A stretch of DNA of 64,000 bases from Nitrospirota bacterium (GTDB taxonomy: Bacteria; Nitrospirota; UBA9217): assembly GCA_029858565.1 (NCBI GenBank), contig JAOUEV010000011.1:1-64000 (forward strand). Direction: 5' to 3'. Position 1 is the stretch's first letter. Each line of letters starts with the position of its first letter. A program made the translations under genes and the position numbers. Below the pieces are notes generated by a model, which worked only from the letters and a program-made list of their open reading frames with translations, was not told the origin of the DNA and made no database searches. Below, piece by piece: positions 8,786 to 18,469 of this stretch.

Positions 8786-9682
8786 ATGAAGCATACAGTC
8801 TCGCTGCTCTTATGTGTTCTGCTGGCGCTTACGTCCTGCAAGACCATGGAGGGACCGGGTAACGGCATTGAACTGCCGCGGCCGAAGGTGGCGCTGGTGC
8901 TCGGCGGAGGAGCTGCCCGGGGCTTCGCGCACATCGGCGTGATACGCGCGCTGGAGCAGGAAAAGATCCCGATCGATATGGTCGTGGGCACGAGTGTGGG
9001 CAGCTTGATCGGAGCGATCTATGCAGCCGACCGAAACAGCTTTGAGCTTGAGTGGACCGCCTTCACCCTGGAGAAGGAGACCCTGTTCGATTACGGGATC
9101 ATGAACGCGTTCACCGGCATGGGTATTGCCAAAGGTGACAAGCTGGAGGAATTCGTCAAAAGCAAGATAACCATCGCGAACATCGAGGGTCTCATGATCC
9201 CCTACGCTGCCGTGGCAACGGACCTGAATCGCGGTGAGCGTGTTGTGCTTGAGAGGGGATCTGTTGCGAAAGCGGTGAGGGCCAGCAGCGCCATTCCGGG
9301 CGTGTTCCAGCCGGTGAACCATCTGGGGAGGAACCTCGTGGACGGCGGCGTGATGGATAATATCCCTGTTGCCGTGGCGCGCGAGCGGGGTGCGGACCTC
9401 ATTATCGCCGTAGACATAAGCGAAAACGTGACCAACTTCAATCTCACCAACCTTCTTGATGTGATGCTCCAGTCCATAACCATCATGGGCGCGGAAAACG
9501 CCAAGGCCAGAAAAAAGGACGCTGATGTGCTTATTGCGCCGGCGGTCGGCGATGTGGGAATGCTGGATTTCACCCAGAAGAAGCGCTGCATGCAGGCCGG
9601 GATCGAGGCGACGCAGAAGGCCATGCCGGAGATCAAGGCGAAGATCGAGGAATGGGGGAGGAAGCGGCTGGCGCAGAAGTGA
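8786..9682 (+). CDS. Patatin-like phospholipase, lipoprotein
   Basis: Signal peptide with lipobox LTSC; GGGAARG, GTSVG, DGG; close paralog of the upstream gene. Confidence 0.9.
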   Translation: MKHTVSLLLCVLLALTSCKTMEGPGNGIELPRPKVALVLGGGAARGFAHIGVIRALEQEKIPIDMVVGTSVGSLIGAIYAADRNSFELEWTAFTLEKETLFDYGIMNAFTGMGIAKGDKLEEFVKSKITIANIEGLMIPYAAVATDLNRGERVVLERGSVAKAVRASSAIPGVFQPVNHLGRNLVDGGVMDNIPVAVARERGADLIIAVDISENVTNFNLTNLLDVMLQSITIMGAENAKARKKDADVLIAPAVGDVGMLDFTQKKRCMQAGIEATQKAMPEIKAKIEEWGRKRLAQK

Positions 9683-9683
9683 G

Positions 9684-10109
9684 GTGACTCCATGGAGGAT
9701 CATATACGTTCACCACAGAGACACAGAGGAAACCGTCTACTTCCACAGGGAACTGACGGAACGGCTGATTGCCTGCGCTATCGAGGTGCATCGTCATCTC
9801 GGTCCGGGTCTGCTCGAATCCGCCTATGATGAGTGCTTTTGCTACGAGCTTGAAAAGAACGGCATTCCTTCGGAACGTCAAAAAGCACTCCCCTTGACCT
9901 ACAAGGAGATCAAGCTTGACTGCGGATATCGCATGGATGTGGTTGCAGACAGGAAAGTGGTCGTAGAGCTTAAATGTGTTGATAGGATATTGCCGATCCA
10001 TGAGGCCCAGCTGCTGACCTATCTGAAACTGTCGGGATGCAAGGTGGGTCTCCTCATCAATTTTCATGCTGCCACATTGAAAGAAGGGATCAAGAGGCTT
10101 GTCTTGTAG
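9684..10109 (+). CDS. GxxExxY protein (PD-(D/E)XK nuclease superfamily); start uncertain
   Basis: LGPGLLESAY, YRMDVV..KVVVELK, EAQLLTYLK; the RBS-preceded ATG at 9692 is out of frame, an in-frame GTG is at 9684. Confidence 0.85.
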   Translation: MTPWRIIYVHHRDTEETVYFHRELTERLIACAIEVHRHLGPGLLESAYDECFCYELEKNGIPSERQKALPLTYKEIKLDCGYRMDVVADRKVVVELKCVDRILPIHEAQLLTYLKLSGCKVGLLINFHAATLKEGIKRLVL

Positions 10110-10139
10110 GGGCTCTCAGTGTCTCTGTGCCTCTGTGGT
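9712..10139. repeat. Inverted repeat pair enclosing the GxxExxY gene
   Basis: ACCACAGAGACACAGAG (9712-9728) versus CTCTGTGCCTCTGTGGT (10123-10139), 16 of 17 positions complementary. Confidence 0.85.
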
Positions 10140-10162
10140 TCCTGAACTGAAAGGCTATTTTC

Positions 10163-11014
10163 ATGATCGCTAAGTTCAAGATCATCCTCGAGATGATCAA
10201 GTTCGAGCACACCATCTTCGCGCTGCCCTTTGCCTTCACCGGCGCGCTTCTGGCCCTGGACGGTCTTCCGTCATGGTCCCAGGCGTTCTGGATCATTGTC
10301 GCCATGGTCGGCGCGCGGTCCGCGGCAATGGGGTTCAACCGCTGGGCTGACCGGAAGATCGACGCCGAGAACCCGCGCACCAGGACCCGGGCACTGCCGC
10401 TGGGCCTGGTGACGCCTGGTCAGGTACTTGTCTTCATCGCGGTCTCGTCAGCAATACTGATGGTCGCAGCGTATATGCTGAATCCTCTGTCCTTTTATCT
10501 GTCCCCGCTGGCGCTGGCCATCGTGTTCTTCTATTCCTATACCAAGAGATTCACCTTCCTGGCGCATGCTTTTCTTGGATTGGCCATCTCAGGCGCGCCT
10601 ATGGGCGCCTGGATCGCCGTGACCGGACGGTTCGAACTTCCCGCGCTCGTCCTCGGGACCGCAGTGCTGTTCTGGCTCCTGGGATTCGATATCCTCTACG
10701 CCCTTCAGGACCTGGATTTCGACCGCGCGTCGGGTCTCCATTCGATCCCGCAGAGATTCGGCATCAGGACGTCGCTCTGGATCTCCCGGGTATCCCATGG
10801 GGTGACCATGTTTGCGCTGTTCTCGCTCTACTGGCTTCTGCCGGTCGGGTTGTACTATTTCTCCGGCGTGCTGACAGCCCTGGGGCTGATCGTATACGAG
10901 CATTCCCTGGTAAAGGAGAACGACCTGTCGAAGCTGAATATGGCGTTCTTCAATATGAACGGATGGATCAGCGTTACAATCTTTATGTTCACCCTCCTCG
11001 ATGTGCTGATGTAA
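10163..11014 (+). CDS. ubiA: UbiA-family polyprenyltransferase (MqnP-like)
   Basis: IKFEHTIFALPFA, NRWADRKIDAENPRT..R, YSYTKRFT, DILYALQDLDFD. Confidence 0.9.
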   Translation: MIAKFKIILEMIKFEHTIFALPFAFTGALLALDGLPSWSQAFWIIVAMVGARSAAMGFNRWADRKIDAENPRTRTRALPLGLVTPGQVLVFIAVSSAILMVAAYMLNPLSFYLSPLALAIVFFYSYTKRFTFLAHAFLGLAISGAPMGAWIAVTGRFELPALVLGTAVLFWLLGFDILYALQDLDFDRASGLHSIPQRFGIRTSLWISRVSHGVTMFALFSLYWLLPVGLYYFSGVLTALGLIVYEHSLVKENDLSKLNMAFFNMNGWISVTIFMFTLLDVLM

Positions 11015-11044
11015 ATACTGCTAGAATAGAAAAAACGAATGCGG

Positions 11045-11130
11045 TTTCGCGCGAAGCCGCAAAGTCGCAAAGAACATCGGAACAAGCTCATTCTCTGGAA
11101 CCGGGATTTGCTTTGAGTTTTTGCGCGAGA
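11045..11130. repeat. Gene-less hairpin element (CGCAAAG type)
   Basis: TCGCGCGAAGCCGCAAAGTCGCAAAG ... CTTTGAGTTTTTGCGCGAGA; same family as the repeats flanking 57068-57445. Confidence 0.7.
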
Positions 11131-11191
11131 CGCTTTAGTGGTTGATTTTTGCAAAGACAGGATTCACTATAAATCACGCTACGAGGTACCC

Positions 11192-13891
11192 ATGCATACG
11201 TCTGCGAATCACCATCAGCCTCAAGCCATCCGGCTTGCCGATTACAGGCCCTATGACTACCGCATAGAGACCGTGAACCTCCAGTTCGAACTGGGCGAGG
11301 ACAGGACCATTGTCAAATCGCTCATGACCGTGGTCTGCATTCACGATACATGCGAGGGTATCCATCCGCTGGTGCTGAACGGCAGCGGACTGAAGCTTCT
11401 CTCCGTGCGGCTCAACGACCGGGCGCTGACCGAGCGGGACTACAAGATCGACGACGAGACCTTGACGATCATCCCGGTGCCGGACCGGTTCTCGCTCGAG
11501 ATCGACACGGAGATCGACCCCGGCGCGAACACCGAGCTGTCCGGTCTCTACCGTTCGGGCAGCATGTTCTGCACCCAGTGCGAGGCCGAGGGTTTCCGGA
11601 AGATCACCTATTTCCCTGACCGGCCCGATGTGCTTACCCGGTTCATGACGACCATCGTGGCGGACAAGGCAAAGTATCCTGTGCTCCTGTCCAACGGGAA
11701 TCTGGTCGGGAAGGGGGACTCGGACAAAGGAAGGCATTTCGCAACCTGGCACGATCCCTTTCCCAAGCCCGCATACCTATTCGCGCTCGTGGCGGGTGAC
11801 CTGGCGCGGATAGAGGACGACTTCATCACCATGTCCGGCAAAAAGGTTGGACTCCATATCTATGTGCAGCACCACAACAAGGATAAATGCGGCCATGCCA
11901 TGCTGTCGCTCAAGGAAGCGATGAAATGGGACGAGAAGGTCTACGGCCGGGAGTATGACCTGGACCTCATGATGATCGTCGCGACCGATGATTTCAATAT
12001 GGGAGCCATGGAGAACAAGGGCCTGAACATATTCAACTCCAAGTATGTGCTCGCAAAGCCCGAGACCGCAACGGACAGCGACTACCAGGGGATCATGGGT
12101 GTGGTGGGGCATGAGTATTTCCATAACTGGTCCGGCGACCGGGTGACCTGCCGCGACTGGTTCCAGCTTTCGCTCAAAGAGGGATTTACGGTGTTCCGTG
12201 ACCAGCAGTTCATGGAGGACATGACCTCTGCCGGTGTCAAGCGGATCAGCGATGTGAGCATCCTCAGGGCCCACCAGTTTCGCGAGGACAGCGGTCCCAT
12301 GGCGCATCCGGTTCGGCCCGATTCCTATGTTGAGATCAACAACTTCTACACGGTAACGGTCTACAACAAGGGCGCGGAAGTGATCAGGATGCTGCGGACC
12401 CTGCTTGGACCGGAAGGTTTCAGAAAGGGAACGGACCTCTACTTTTCCCGCCACGACGGCCAGGCGGTCACCACCGATGATTTCGTCAGGGCATTGGAAG
12501 ACGCGAACAAGACCGACCTTTCGCAGTTCAAACGCTGGTATACCCAGTCCGGGACACCGGAGCTGACAGTGACCCGTCGCTATGAGCCGCGGGATAAGAC
12601 CTACTCATTGACCTTCAAGCAGAGCTGTCCTCCGACCCCGGGCCAGGTACAGAAAGAACCCTTTGTCATCCCCATTGCTGTTGGTTTGCTGGGGAAGGAC
12701 GGGAAGGACCTTATTCTTAATATCGACGCGGGGACACGGGGACGCGGAGATGCGGAGAAGGGAATGCCCGACAGGGGGCGACAGGGCGGCACGACAACAG
12801 CCATCCTCGAACTGCGGGAGGCGGAGCAGACCTTCACTTTCACGGATATTTCGGAAGAGCCGGTGCCGTCGATGCTTCGGGGCTTCTCAGCCCCGGTCAG
12901 GGTGAAGCTCGACCTGACCGATGACGAACGGCTGTTCCTCATGGCCCACGACTCCGATGCCTTCAACCGCTGGGACGCGGGGCAGCAGCTTGCGGTGAAG
13001 CTCATTCTGGATCTGGTAAAGGATTTCCAGGCCGGACGGCAGCTCGCGCTCGATAATCTGTTCATCGACGCGTTCAGGAATATCCTTGAAAGCGAACTGA
13101 AGGACAAGGCGTTCCAGGCTTTCGCGCTCTCGCTTCCGGGCGAGACCTATCTTTCCGATTTCCTCCCGGTCATAGATCCTGACGCCATATTCGAAGCAAG
13201 GACCTTTGTTCAGCAGACCCTGGCGGCGGCGCTGAAGCAGAGCTTTCTCAGGGTCTACCGGACGAACGTAGATACCGGTCCCTATCTGCCGGAGCAGGAG
13301 GCCATGGGCAAGCGGAGCCTCAAGAATATCTGCCTCTCCTATCTTGCGGAACTGGAGGACGAGGACGTGCGGAAGCTCTGCGTGGACCAGTTCAACACCG
13401 CGAACAATATGACGGACCGCGTGGCCGCGCTGGTGAACCTGGCGAACAATGATTGCCGTGAGAAGGATGAAGCGCTCGCGTCATTCGGCGAGCAGTGGAA
13501 GGACGATCCCCTGGTAATGGACAAGTGGTTCGCTATTCAGGCAACCTCGCGGCTGTCGGACACGCTCGGCCGGGTGAAGGCTCTCATGAAGCACCCGGCT
13601 TTCACCATCAAGAACCCGAACAAGGTGCGCGCGCTGATCGGCGCGTTCTCGTCCAACGCCGTCCGGTTCCACGACCTGTCGGGCGAAGGATACCGGTTCC
13701 TCGGGGACAACGTTCTTGCCATAGACCCGCTGAATCCCCAGATCGCCGCCAGGCTTGTTTCCGCTTTTACGCTCTGGAAACGGTATGAGGCCGGCCGCCA
13801 GAAGCTCATGAAGGCCGAACTGGAGCGCATTCTGAATACGCCGAAACTGTCCAAGGATGTATACGAAGTGGTATCGAAGAGCCTGGCGTAA
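11192..13891 (+). CDS. pepN: Aminopeptidase N (M1 family)
   Basis: TQCEAEGFR, GAMENKGLN, HEYFHNW, LSLKEG, NPNKVRAL, NPQIAARL. Confidence 0.97.
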   Translation: MHTSANHHQPQAIRLADYRPYDYRIETVNLQFELGEDRTIVKSLMTVVCIHDTCEGIHPLVLNGSGLKLLSVRLNDRALTERDYKIDDETLTIIPVPDRFSLEIDTEIDPGANTELSGLYRSGSMFCTQCEAEGFRKITYFPDRPDVLTRFMTTIVADKAKYPVLLSNGNLVGKGDSDKGRHFATWHDPFPKPAYLFALVAGDLARIEDDFITMSGKKVGLHIYVQHHNKDKCGHAMLSLKEAMKWDEKVYGREYDLDLMMIVATDDFNMGAMENKGLNIFNSKYVLAKPETATDSDYQGIMGVVGHEYFHNWSGDRVTCRDWFQLSLKEGFTVFRDQQFMEDMTSAGVKRISDVSILRAHQFREDSGPMAHPVRPDSYVEINNFYTVTVYNKGAEVIRMLRTLLGPEGFRKGTDLYFSRHDGQAVTTDDFVRALEDANKTDLSQFKRWYTQSGTPELTVTRRYEPRDKTYSLTFKQSCPPTPGQVQKEPFVIPIAVGLLGKDGKDLILNIDAGTRGRGDAEKGMPDRGRQGGTTTAILELREAEQTFTFTDISEEPVPSMLRGFSAPVRVKLDLTDDERLFLMAHDSDAFNRWDAGQQLAVKLILDLVKDFQAGRQLALDNLFIDAFRNILESELKDKAFQAFALSLPGETYLSDFLPVIDPDAIFEARTFVQQTLAAALKQSFLRVYRTNVDTGPYLPEQEAMGKRSLKNICLSYLAELEDEDVRKLCVDQFNTANNMTDRVAALVNLANNDCREKDEALASFGEQWKDDPLVMDKWFAIQATSRLSDTLGRVKALMKHPAFTIKNPNKVRALIGAFSSNAVRFHDLSGEGYRFLGDNVLAIDPLNPQIAARLVSAFTLWKRYEAGRQKLMKAELERILNTPKLSKDVYEVVSKSLA

Positions 13892-13903
13892 GGCGGGGGG
13901 AGC

Positions 13904-15820
13904 TTACAGAAGCAGTTTCTCGAACTCGCCGGCGGACACGGCCTTGCTGAAGTAGAAGCCCTGGCCCATGTCGCACCGGAGCAGGTGCAGGATGTTCCTT
14001 TGCTCTTCGGTCTCCACGCCTTCGGCAATGGTCTTGAGCCCGAGGCTCCGGGCGAGGGTCGTGATGGCGGTGATGATCGAGGCCGAGTCCTGGTCCCTGC
14101 TGACGTCGCGCACAAAGGAAATATCGATCTTCAGATTGTCGACCGGCAGTTTCTTGATGTAGCTGAGTGAAGAATACCCCGTCCCGAAGTCGTCCACCGA
14201 CAGCGTCACTCCCACGTCCTTCAGTCTTTTCAGCGTTTTGATCGCGAAATCCATGTCCTGCATGAACACGGTCTCGGTCACCTCGAGCGTCAAGCGCCGG
14301 GGGTCGAAACCGAAATTGTTGATCGTGTCCCGGACCATCGCCACCAGGTGCTGGTGCCGGAACTGGACCATCGACAGGTTCACGGACACGGGAAAATGGC
14401 GGTTCATCCGCTCCCATTTGCTGATCTGGTTGCACGCGGTCTCGAGGATCCATCGGCCCACCTCGATCACCATGCCGGTCTCCTCGAGAGAGGGAATGAA
14501 CCGTGCCGGTGAAACGACCCCGAGCTCGGCGTTCTGCCAGCGGACGAGCGCTTCAGCGCCCGCGACCTTTCGCGTCTGCAGGTCGCAATAGGGCTGGTAG
14601 TGCAGGAGGTATTCGCTGTTCCTGAGCGCGGCGAACAGCCGCCGTTCAAGAATGAAGAATTCCTTGACCCGGTTCGTGATCTCCTGGTCAAAGAACTGGA
14701 TCATGTTGCGGCCCTGGGCCTTCGCGCTTGCCAGCGCGAGGTCCGCGTTCTTGAGGAGCGTCCAGGCGTCATCCCCGTGGCCGGGATGGACCGCGATGCC
14801 GGTCGAGATGGTGACGATGATGTCGTGACCGCCGGCCGAGATCGTCTGGGACAGCGCTGTGCGAAGCTGCTGCGCGACCGCGCCCGCAAGCACCGGGTTC
14901 CTCTCGTCAACATGGATAACGCAGAACTCGTCGTTCCCTGTTCGCGCCACGATGTCGGCCGGTGAGACCGATGACTGGATCAAGCCGGCGATCTGCTTCA
15001 GTACGTCATCGCCGGCGTCAGAGCCGCACAGGTCGTTCACATGCTTGAACCGGTCGATATCCAGGATCAGGACCGATAGGGACGAACCCGCTGCCATGGC
15101 CGCGCGGACCGACTGTTCCAGCTGGCCGATCAGGGTGCGCCGGTTCGGCAGTCCGGTGAGCGGATCGTACCGGCCAAGATAATCGATGCGGTCCTCCAGG
15201 TGACGTTCCCGCGTCAGGTCACGGGCCGTGGATACCATTCTCGTAACGACACCCTTGTCGTTCCGAAAGGGCACGACACGCTCCCCGATGAGCAGCGGCC
15301 CTCCCTCCCGCGTTCTGCCGTCGATGTCTTTCATGAATTCGCCGCCGGAACGGACCGTATCGCGCATCTGGCGGAACAGGCCGGCATCATTATACCAGGG
15401 CATGCGCGGCGACGGCCATATGTTGACGAGCGTGTCTTTGAGGTAGCCGGTGGACCGTTCCACGGCATCATTGACATACTCGATCCTGCCGGAGGTGGTC
15501 ATGATGGTTATCAGGTCGCTGGATGCATCGGCGGCCTGGCGGAAGCGACCGATCGCGCTGTCCGATCTTCTGCGGCGCAGCACTTCCCGACGGAACAATG
15601 CCGACAGTGCGAATATCACGATAAAGATCGCGAGAGCAAAAGCGAAGGCCAGGGACCACAGTCGAAGAAGGGAAGGGCGATCAAGGCCATCAAGTGAGGG
15701 CAGCGGTGAGTGCTCGATAAAGGAAACGTGAGAGAGAACGAGGCCTCCTGCCGCAGCTGTCAGCAGGAGCATGCCAAGGCTGAGTATACGGAAAAATCTA
15801 TTTTGTTTGAATATCTTCAT
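13904..15820 (-). CDS. Membrane-anchored PAS-GGDEF-EAL protein
   Basis: 2 TM segments, PAS, YDPLTGLPNR, degenerate GNDEF, EALVRW, DDFGTGYSSL. Confidence 0.92.
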   Translation of the reverse strand: MKIFKQNRFFRILSLGMLLLTAAAGGLVLSHVSFIEHSPLPSLDGLDRPSLLRLWSLAFAFALAIFIVIFALSALFRREVLRRRRSDSAIGRFRQAADASSDLITIMTTSGRIEYVNDAVERSTGYLKDTLVNIWPSPRMPWYNDAGLFRQMRDTVRSGGEFMKDIDGRTREGGPLLIGERVVPFRNDKGVVTRMVSTARDLTRERHLEDRIDYLGRYDPLTGLPNRRTLIGQLEQSVRAAMAAGSSLSVLILDIDRFKHVNDLCGSDAGDDVLKQIAGLIQSSVSPADIVARTGNDEFCVIHVDERNPVLAGAVAQQLRTALSQTISAGGHDIIVTISTGIAVHPGHGDDAWTLLKNADLALASAKAQGRNMIQFFDQEITNRVKEFFILERRLFAALRNSEYLLHYQPYCDLQTRKVAGAEALVRWQNAELGVVSPARFIPSLEETGMVIEVGRWILETACNQISKWERMNRHFPVSVNLSMVQFRHQHLVAMVRDTINNFGFDPRRLTLEVTETVFMQDMDFAIKTLKRLKDVGVTLSVDDFGTGYSSLSYIKKLPVDNLKIDISFVRDVSRDQDSASIITAITTLARSLGLKTIAEGVETEEQRNILHLLRCDMGQGFYFSKAVSAGEFEKLLL

Positions 15821-15999
15821 CGCAGGGTGTCTGTCGCCGGCCGGAATGTGCAGGAATTATAGCACAGCTGGGAGGTGCCGTTGAAGAAGAGATATGAACT
15901 GCTTGTGACGGCGGAGGTGCCGGGCGGGGTTTCAACTTGCAATTTGAAAGGACTTATACTATCTTCACGTCAGGAGCGGAGATAGTTAGGAGGTGTTCA

Positions 16000-16506
16000 A
16001 TGGCATTTACAGAGATAAAGACCAGTGAGTTGAAGGACAATCCTTTTACCCTGATCGGCAGCGACTGGATGCTGATCACGGCAGGCTCCCTGGAAAATTT
16101 CAACACCATGACCGCGAGTTGGGGCGGCCTGGGAGTATTATGGGAGCGAAAGGTCAGCTATATATTCATCAGGCCGAACCGCTATACCTACGAGTTCGTC
16201 GAGCGTTCGCCGCTCTTTTCCCTGTCCTTCTTTGAGGAGAGCCAAAGAAAGACGCTCCAGTATTGCGGTACCCATTCCGGCAGGAATACGGATAAGGTGA
16301 AGGAGGCGGGCCTGACTCCCGTCCACGACGGCGGACTCGTCTATTTCAGCGAGGCCAGGCTGGTGCTCGGCTGCAGGAAGGTGTACTTCCAGGATGTCGA
16401 TCCCGGGAAGTTCCTTGATCCGGCGATCAACAGCATGTATCCCCAGAAGGACTACCACCGGATGTACGTGGGTGAGATCGTGAAATGCCTGCGAAAAGGA
16501 GCGTGA
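16000..16506 (+). CDS. Flavin reductase-like protein
   Basis: WMLITAG..NTMTASWGGLG.LW, RP.RYT, CGTHSGR..DK, DYHRMYVGEI. Confidence 0.9.
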   Translation: MAFTEIKTSELKDNPFTLIGSDWMLITAGSLENFNTMTASWGGLGVLWERKVSYIFIRPNRYTYEFVERSPLFSLSFFEESQRKTLQYCGTHSGRNTDKVKEAGLTPVHDGGLVYFSEARLVLGCRKVYFQDVDPGKFLDPAINSMYPQKDYHRMYVGEIVKCLRKGA

Positions 16507-16508
16507 CC

Positions 16509-16871
16509 ATGCCGACCGTGATAAAGTCGCCCAAGATCATCGAGGCTGCGGGGAATAAACCGAAGATCATTGAAGAATATATTGGCAGGGTAAACAGCGG
16601 GACCGAGGAGATGAGCATTGCGCGGATGAAGAGCCCGTCCGGGTGGATTGAGCCGGCACAAAGGCCGGATTTTGATGAATATACCGTTGTGCTGAAGGGG
16701 ATGCTGCGCGTTGAGACCGACAAGGGATCACAGGATATTACCGCGGGGCAGGCAGTGATCATCCGGAAAGGAGAACGGGTGCGGTACAGCACTCCGGGTC
16801 CCGAGGGCGCGGAATATGTGGCCGTATGCATGCCCGCGTTCTCACCGGGGACGGTCCACCGGGAAGAGTAA
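16509..16871 (+). CDS. Cupin domain protein
   Basis: AAGNKPKIIEEYIGRVN, W.EP.Q.P.FDEYT.VL.G, PAFSP.TVHR. Confidence 0.85.
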   Translation: MPTVIKSPKIIEAAGNKPKIIEEYIGRVNSGTEEMSIARMKSPSGWIEPAQRPDFDEYTVVLKGMLRVETDKGSQDITAGQAVIIRKGERVRYSTPGPEGAEYVAVCMPAFSPGTVHREE

Positions 16872-16928
16872 AAGCAGTTCCTGATCAGCAGCGGGCAGTT
16901 ATTCTCATCACCAGACGAGGAGCAGGGT

Positions 16929-17950
16929 ATGGCATTGGATCTCGAGTCGCGGTTGCGGGGCACACGGCGGGGGCATATCACTCTTGAGTTCTTTACGAAC
17001 AGCGCCCACTTTCCGATCGCGAACATGTTCCTGGAATTGCTGCACGAAGGTGCGGAACTGATCCTTAAACCCGATCTCTACGTCACGCTCTCCGCCGCGA
17101 TCGCACAGGCCTTTTATCTCGGCACATGGAAGTTCGCGGGAACGCCGCGGCCATTTCTCGGGAACCTGATAGGACCGGCGGTCTATACGATAGCGGAAAC
17201 GGTGATCGAAGGACCGGCGTTCTTCGGCTCCTTGAGCCATATCGCGTACATACTCTTCAGTGTGGTCATCGGACTGCTGCAGGAGGTCCGGCTGACCGCA
17301 GGAAACAGGGCACAGCAGGTCATCTATATCGTTGAGAACGTCGTCCGGACCAGCATTCTGCCGGTCATGTACTGGATCTTCGAAGCCGCGGATGATCCTA
17401 AATACGCGACACTTGCCGGATTTGTGAGCGACGGAAGCCATATGTTCATTATGCTGTCGCTTGTTTTTATTGGCGCGATCCTGGGTCTTGCTGATGTGAT
17501 AGCAGAGTCCTATCAATCGATACTGCGAGAAACAGCTCACGAGCTCCGGAAGTATTCCGAATGGTTCCTGGGCCGGGACCTTCTGGATTCCGCCGTGGCG
17601 GATCCCACGGCGCTCTCTATCCGGCGGCGCGAGCGGACGATGGTCTTTATGGATATCCGGGGATTTACCGGCTGGAGCGAGACACAATCGCCGGAAATGG
17701 TCGTGGAGATGTGGAAGGGTTGATCGGCAGCAGTGAAGTGAAAGGCTATGATGTGATAGGCGACACAGTGAATACCGCCAAGAGGATCTGCGATAAAGCG
17801 TCGGGCGGCGAGGTGCTGCTTTCCGAAAACTCGAAACGCCTTCTCGAAGGTGGCGCTGATTTTGGCGAGCCTGTCCAGATAGCGGCAAAAGGCAAGGCGG
17901 AGCTGCTGACGGTGTACAAACTGCGGAACATCGTGACGAAACCTGTCTGA
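16929..17950 (+). pseudogene. Membrane class III adenylate/guanylate cyclase with an internal deletion and frameshift
   Basis: TM region and VFMDIRGFT in one frame; GLIGS...YDVIGDTVNTAKR in another; the intervening K..GD segment is absent. Confidence 0.8.
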
Positions 17951-18037
17951 CGGGTCATGGCGGGTCAAGGAGTTCGCCAGATACCAGGATCAGATCGGAA
18001 AAAGACAGCGGGGAGGGAATTGCTTGATGGGGGAGCG

Positions 18038-18328
18038 TTAATCGGTGATCGAGCAGAGGTTCAACCCCCCGCGAGTTTGGCTGATGAGCGTGTCCTTGCT
18101 GCAGCCGGTGCAGGAAAACTTGTCGCGATTGTTCAGCTCCTGCCTTCTGAGCAGGCATACTTCTTTGACGATCATGTCGTCGAAAAGTTTGCAGAAGAAC
18201 CGTTCAAGGACCTCTCCGCAGCCGGGTTTAAAGCCGCTCTTCAGATCATTTCTCATTCCGCTCATAACTACATCCCTCTCGAGCAAATCCTCTGAGCATC
18301 CTTCGGGGCGCCGCTCGATGCCATACAT
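18038..18328 (-). CDS. Small Cys-rich hypothetical protein
   Basis: C.LFDDMI...VC..R...CTGC pattern; start uncertain and competing ORFs overlap. Confidence 0.45.
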   Translation of the reverse strand: MYGIERRPEGCSEDLLERDVVMSGMRNDLKSGFKPGCGEVLERFFCKLFDDMIVKEVCLLRRQELNNRDKFSCTGCSKDTLISQTRGGLNLCSITD

Positions 18329-18469
18329 CCAGTAGGTTCAATTATTATAGGTTTCCCGGCGATTGTCAACCATCCCGATGGGGTATTTTTCGGGTATTAA
18401 TGAGGCAGGGCAATTCCTGGACCTGGTGCACAATACGGCGGGAAACGTCCCGCGCGTCGAAACCGCTCG

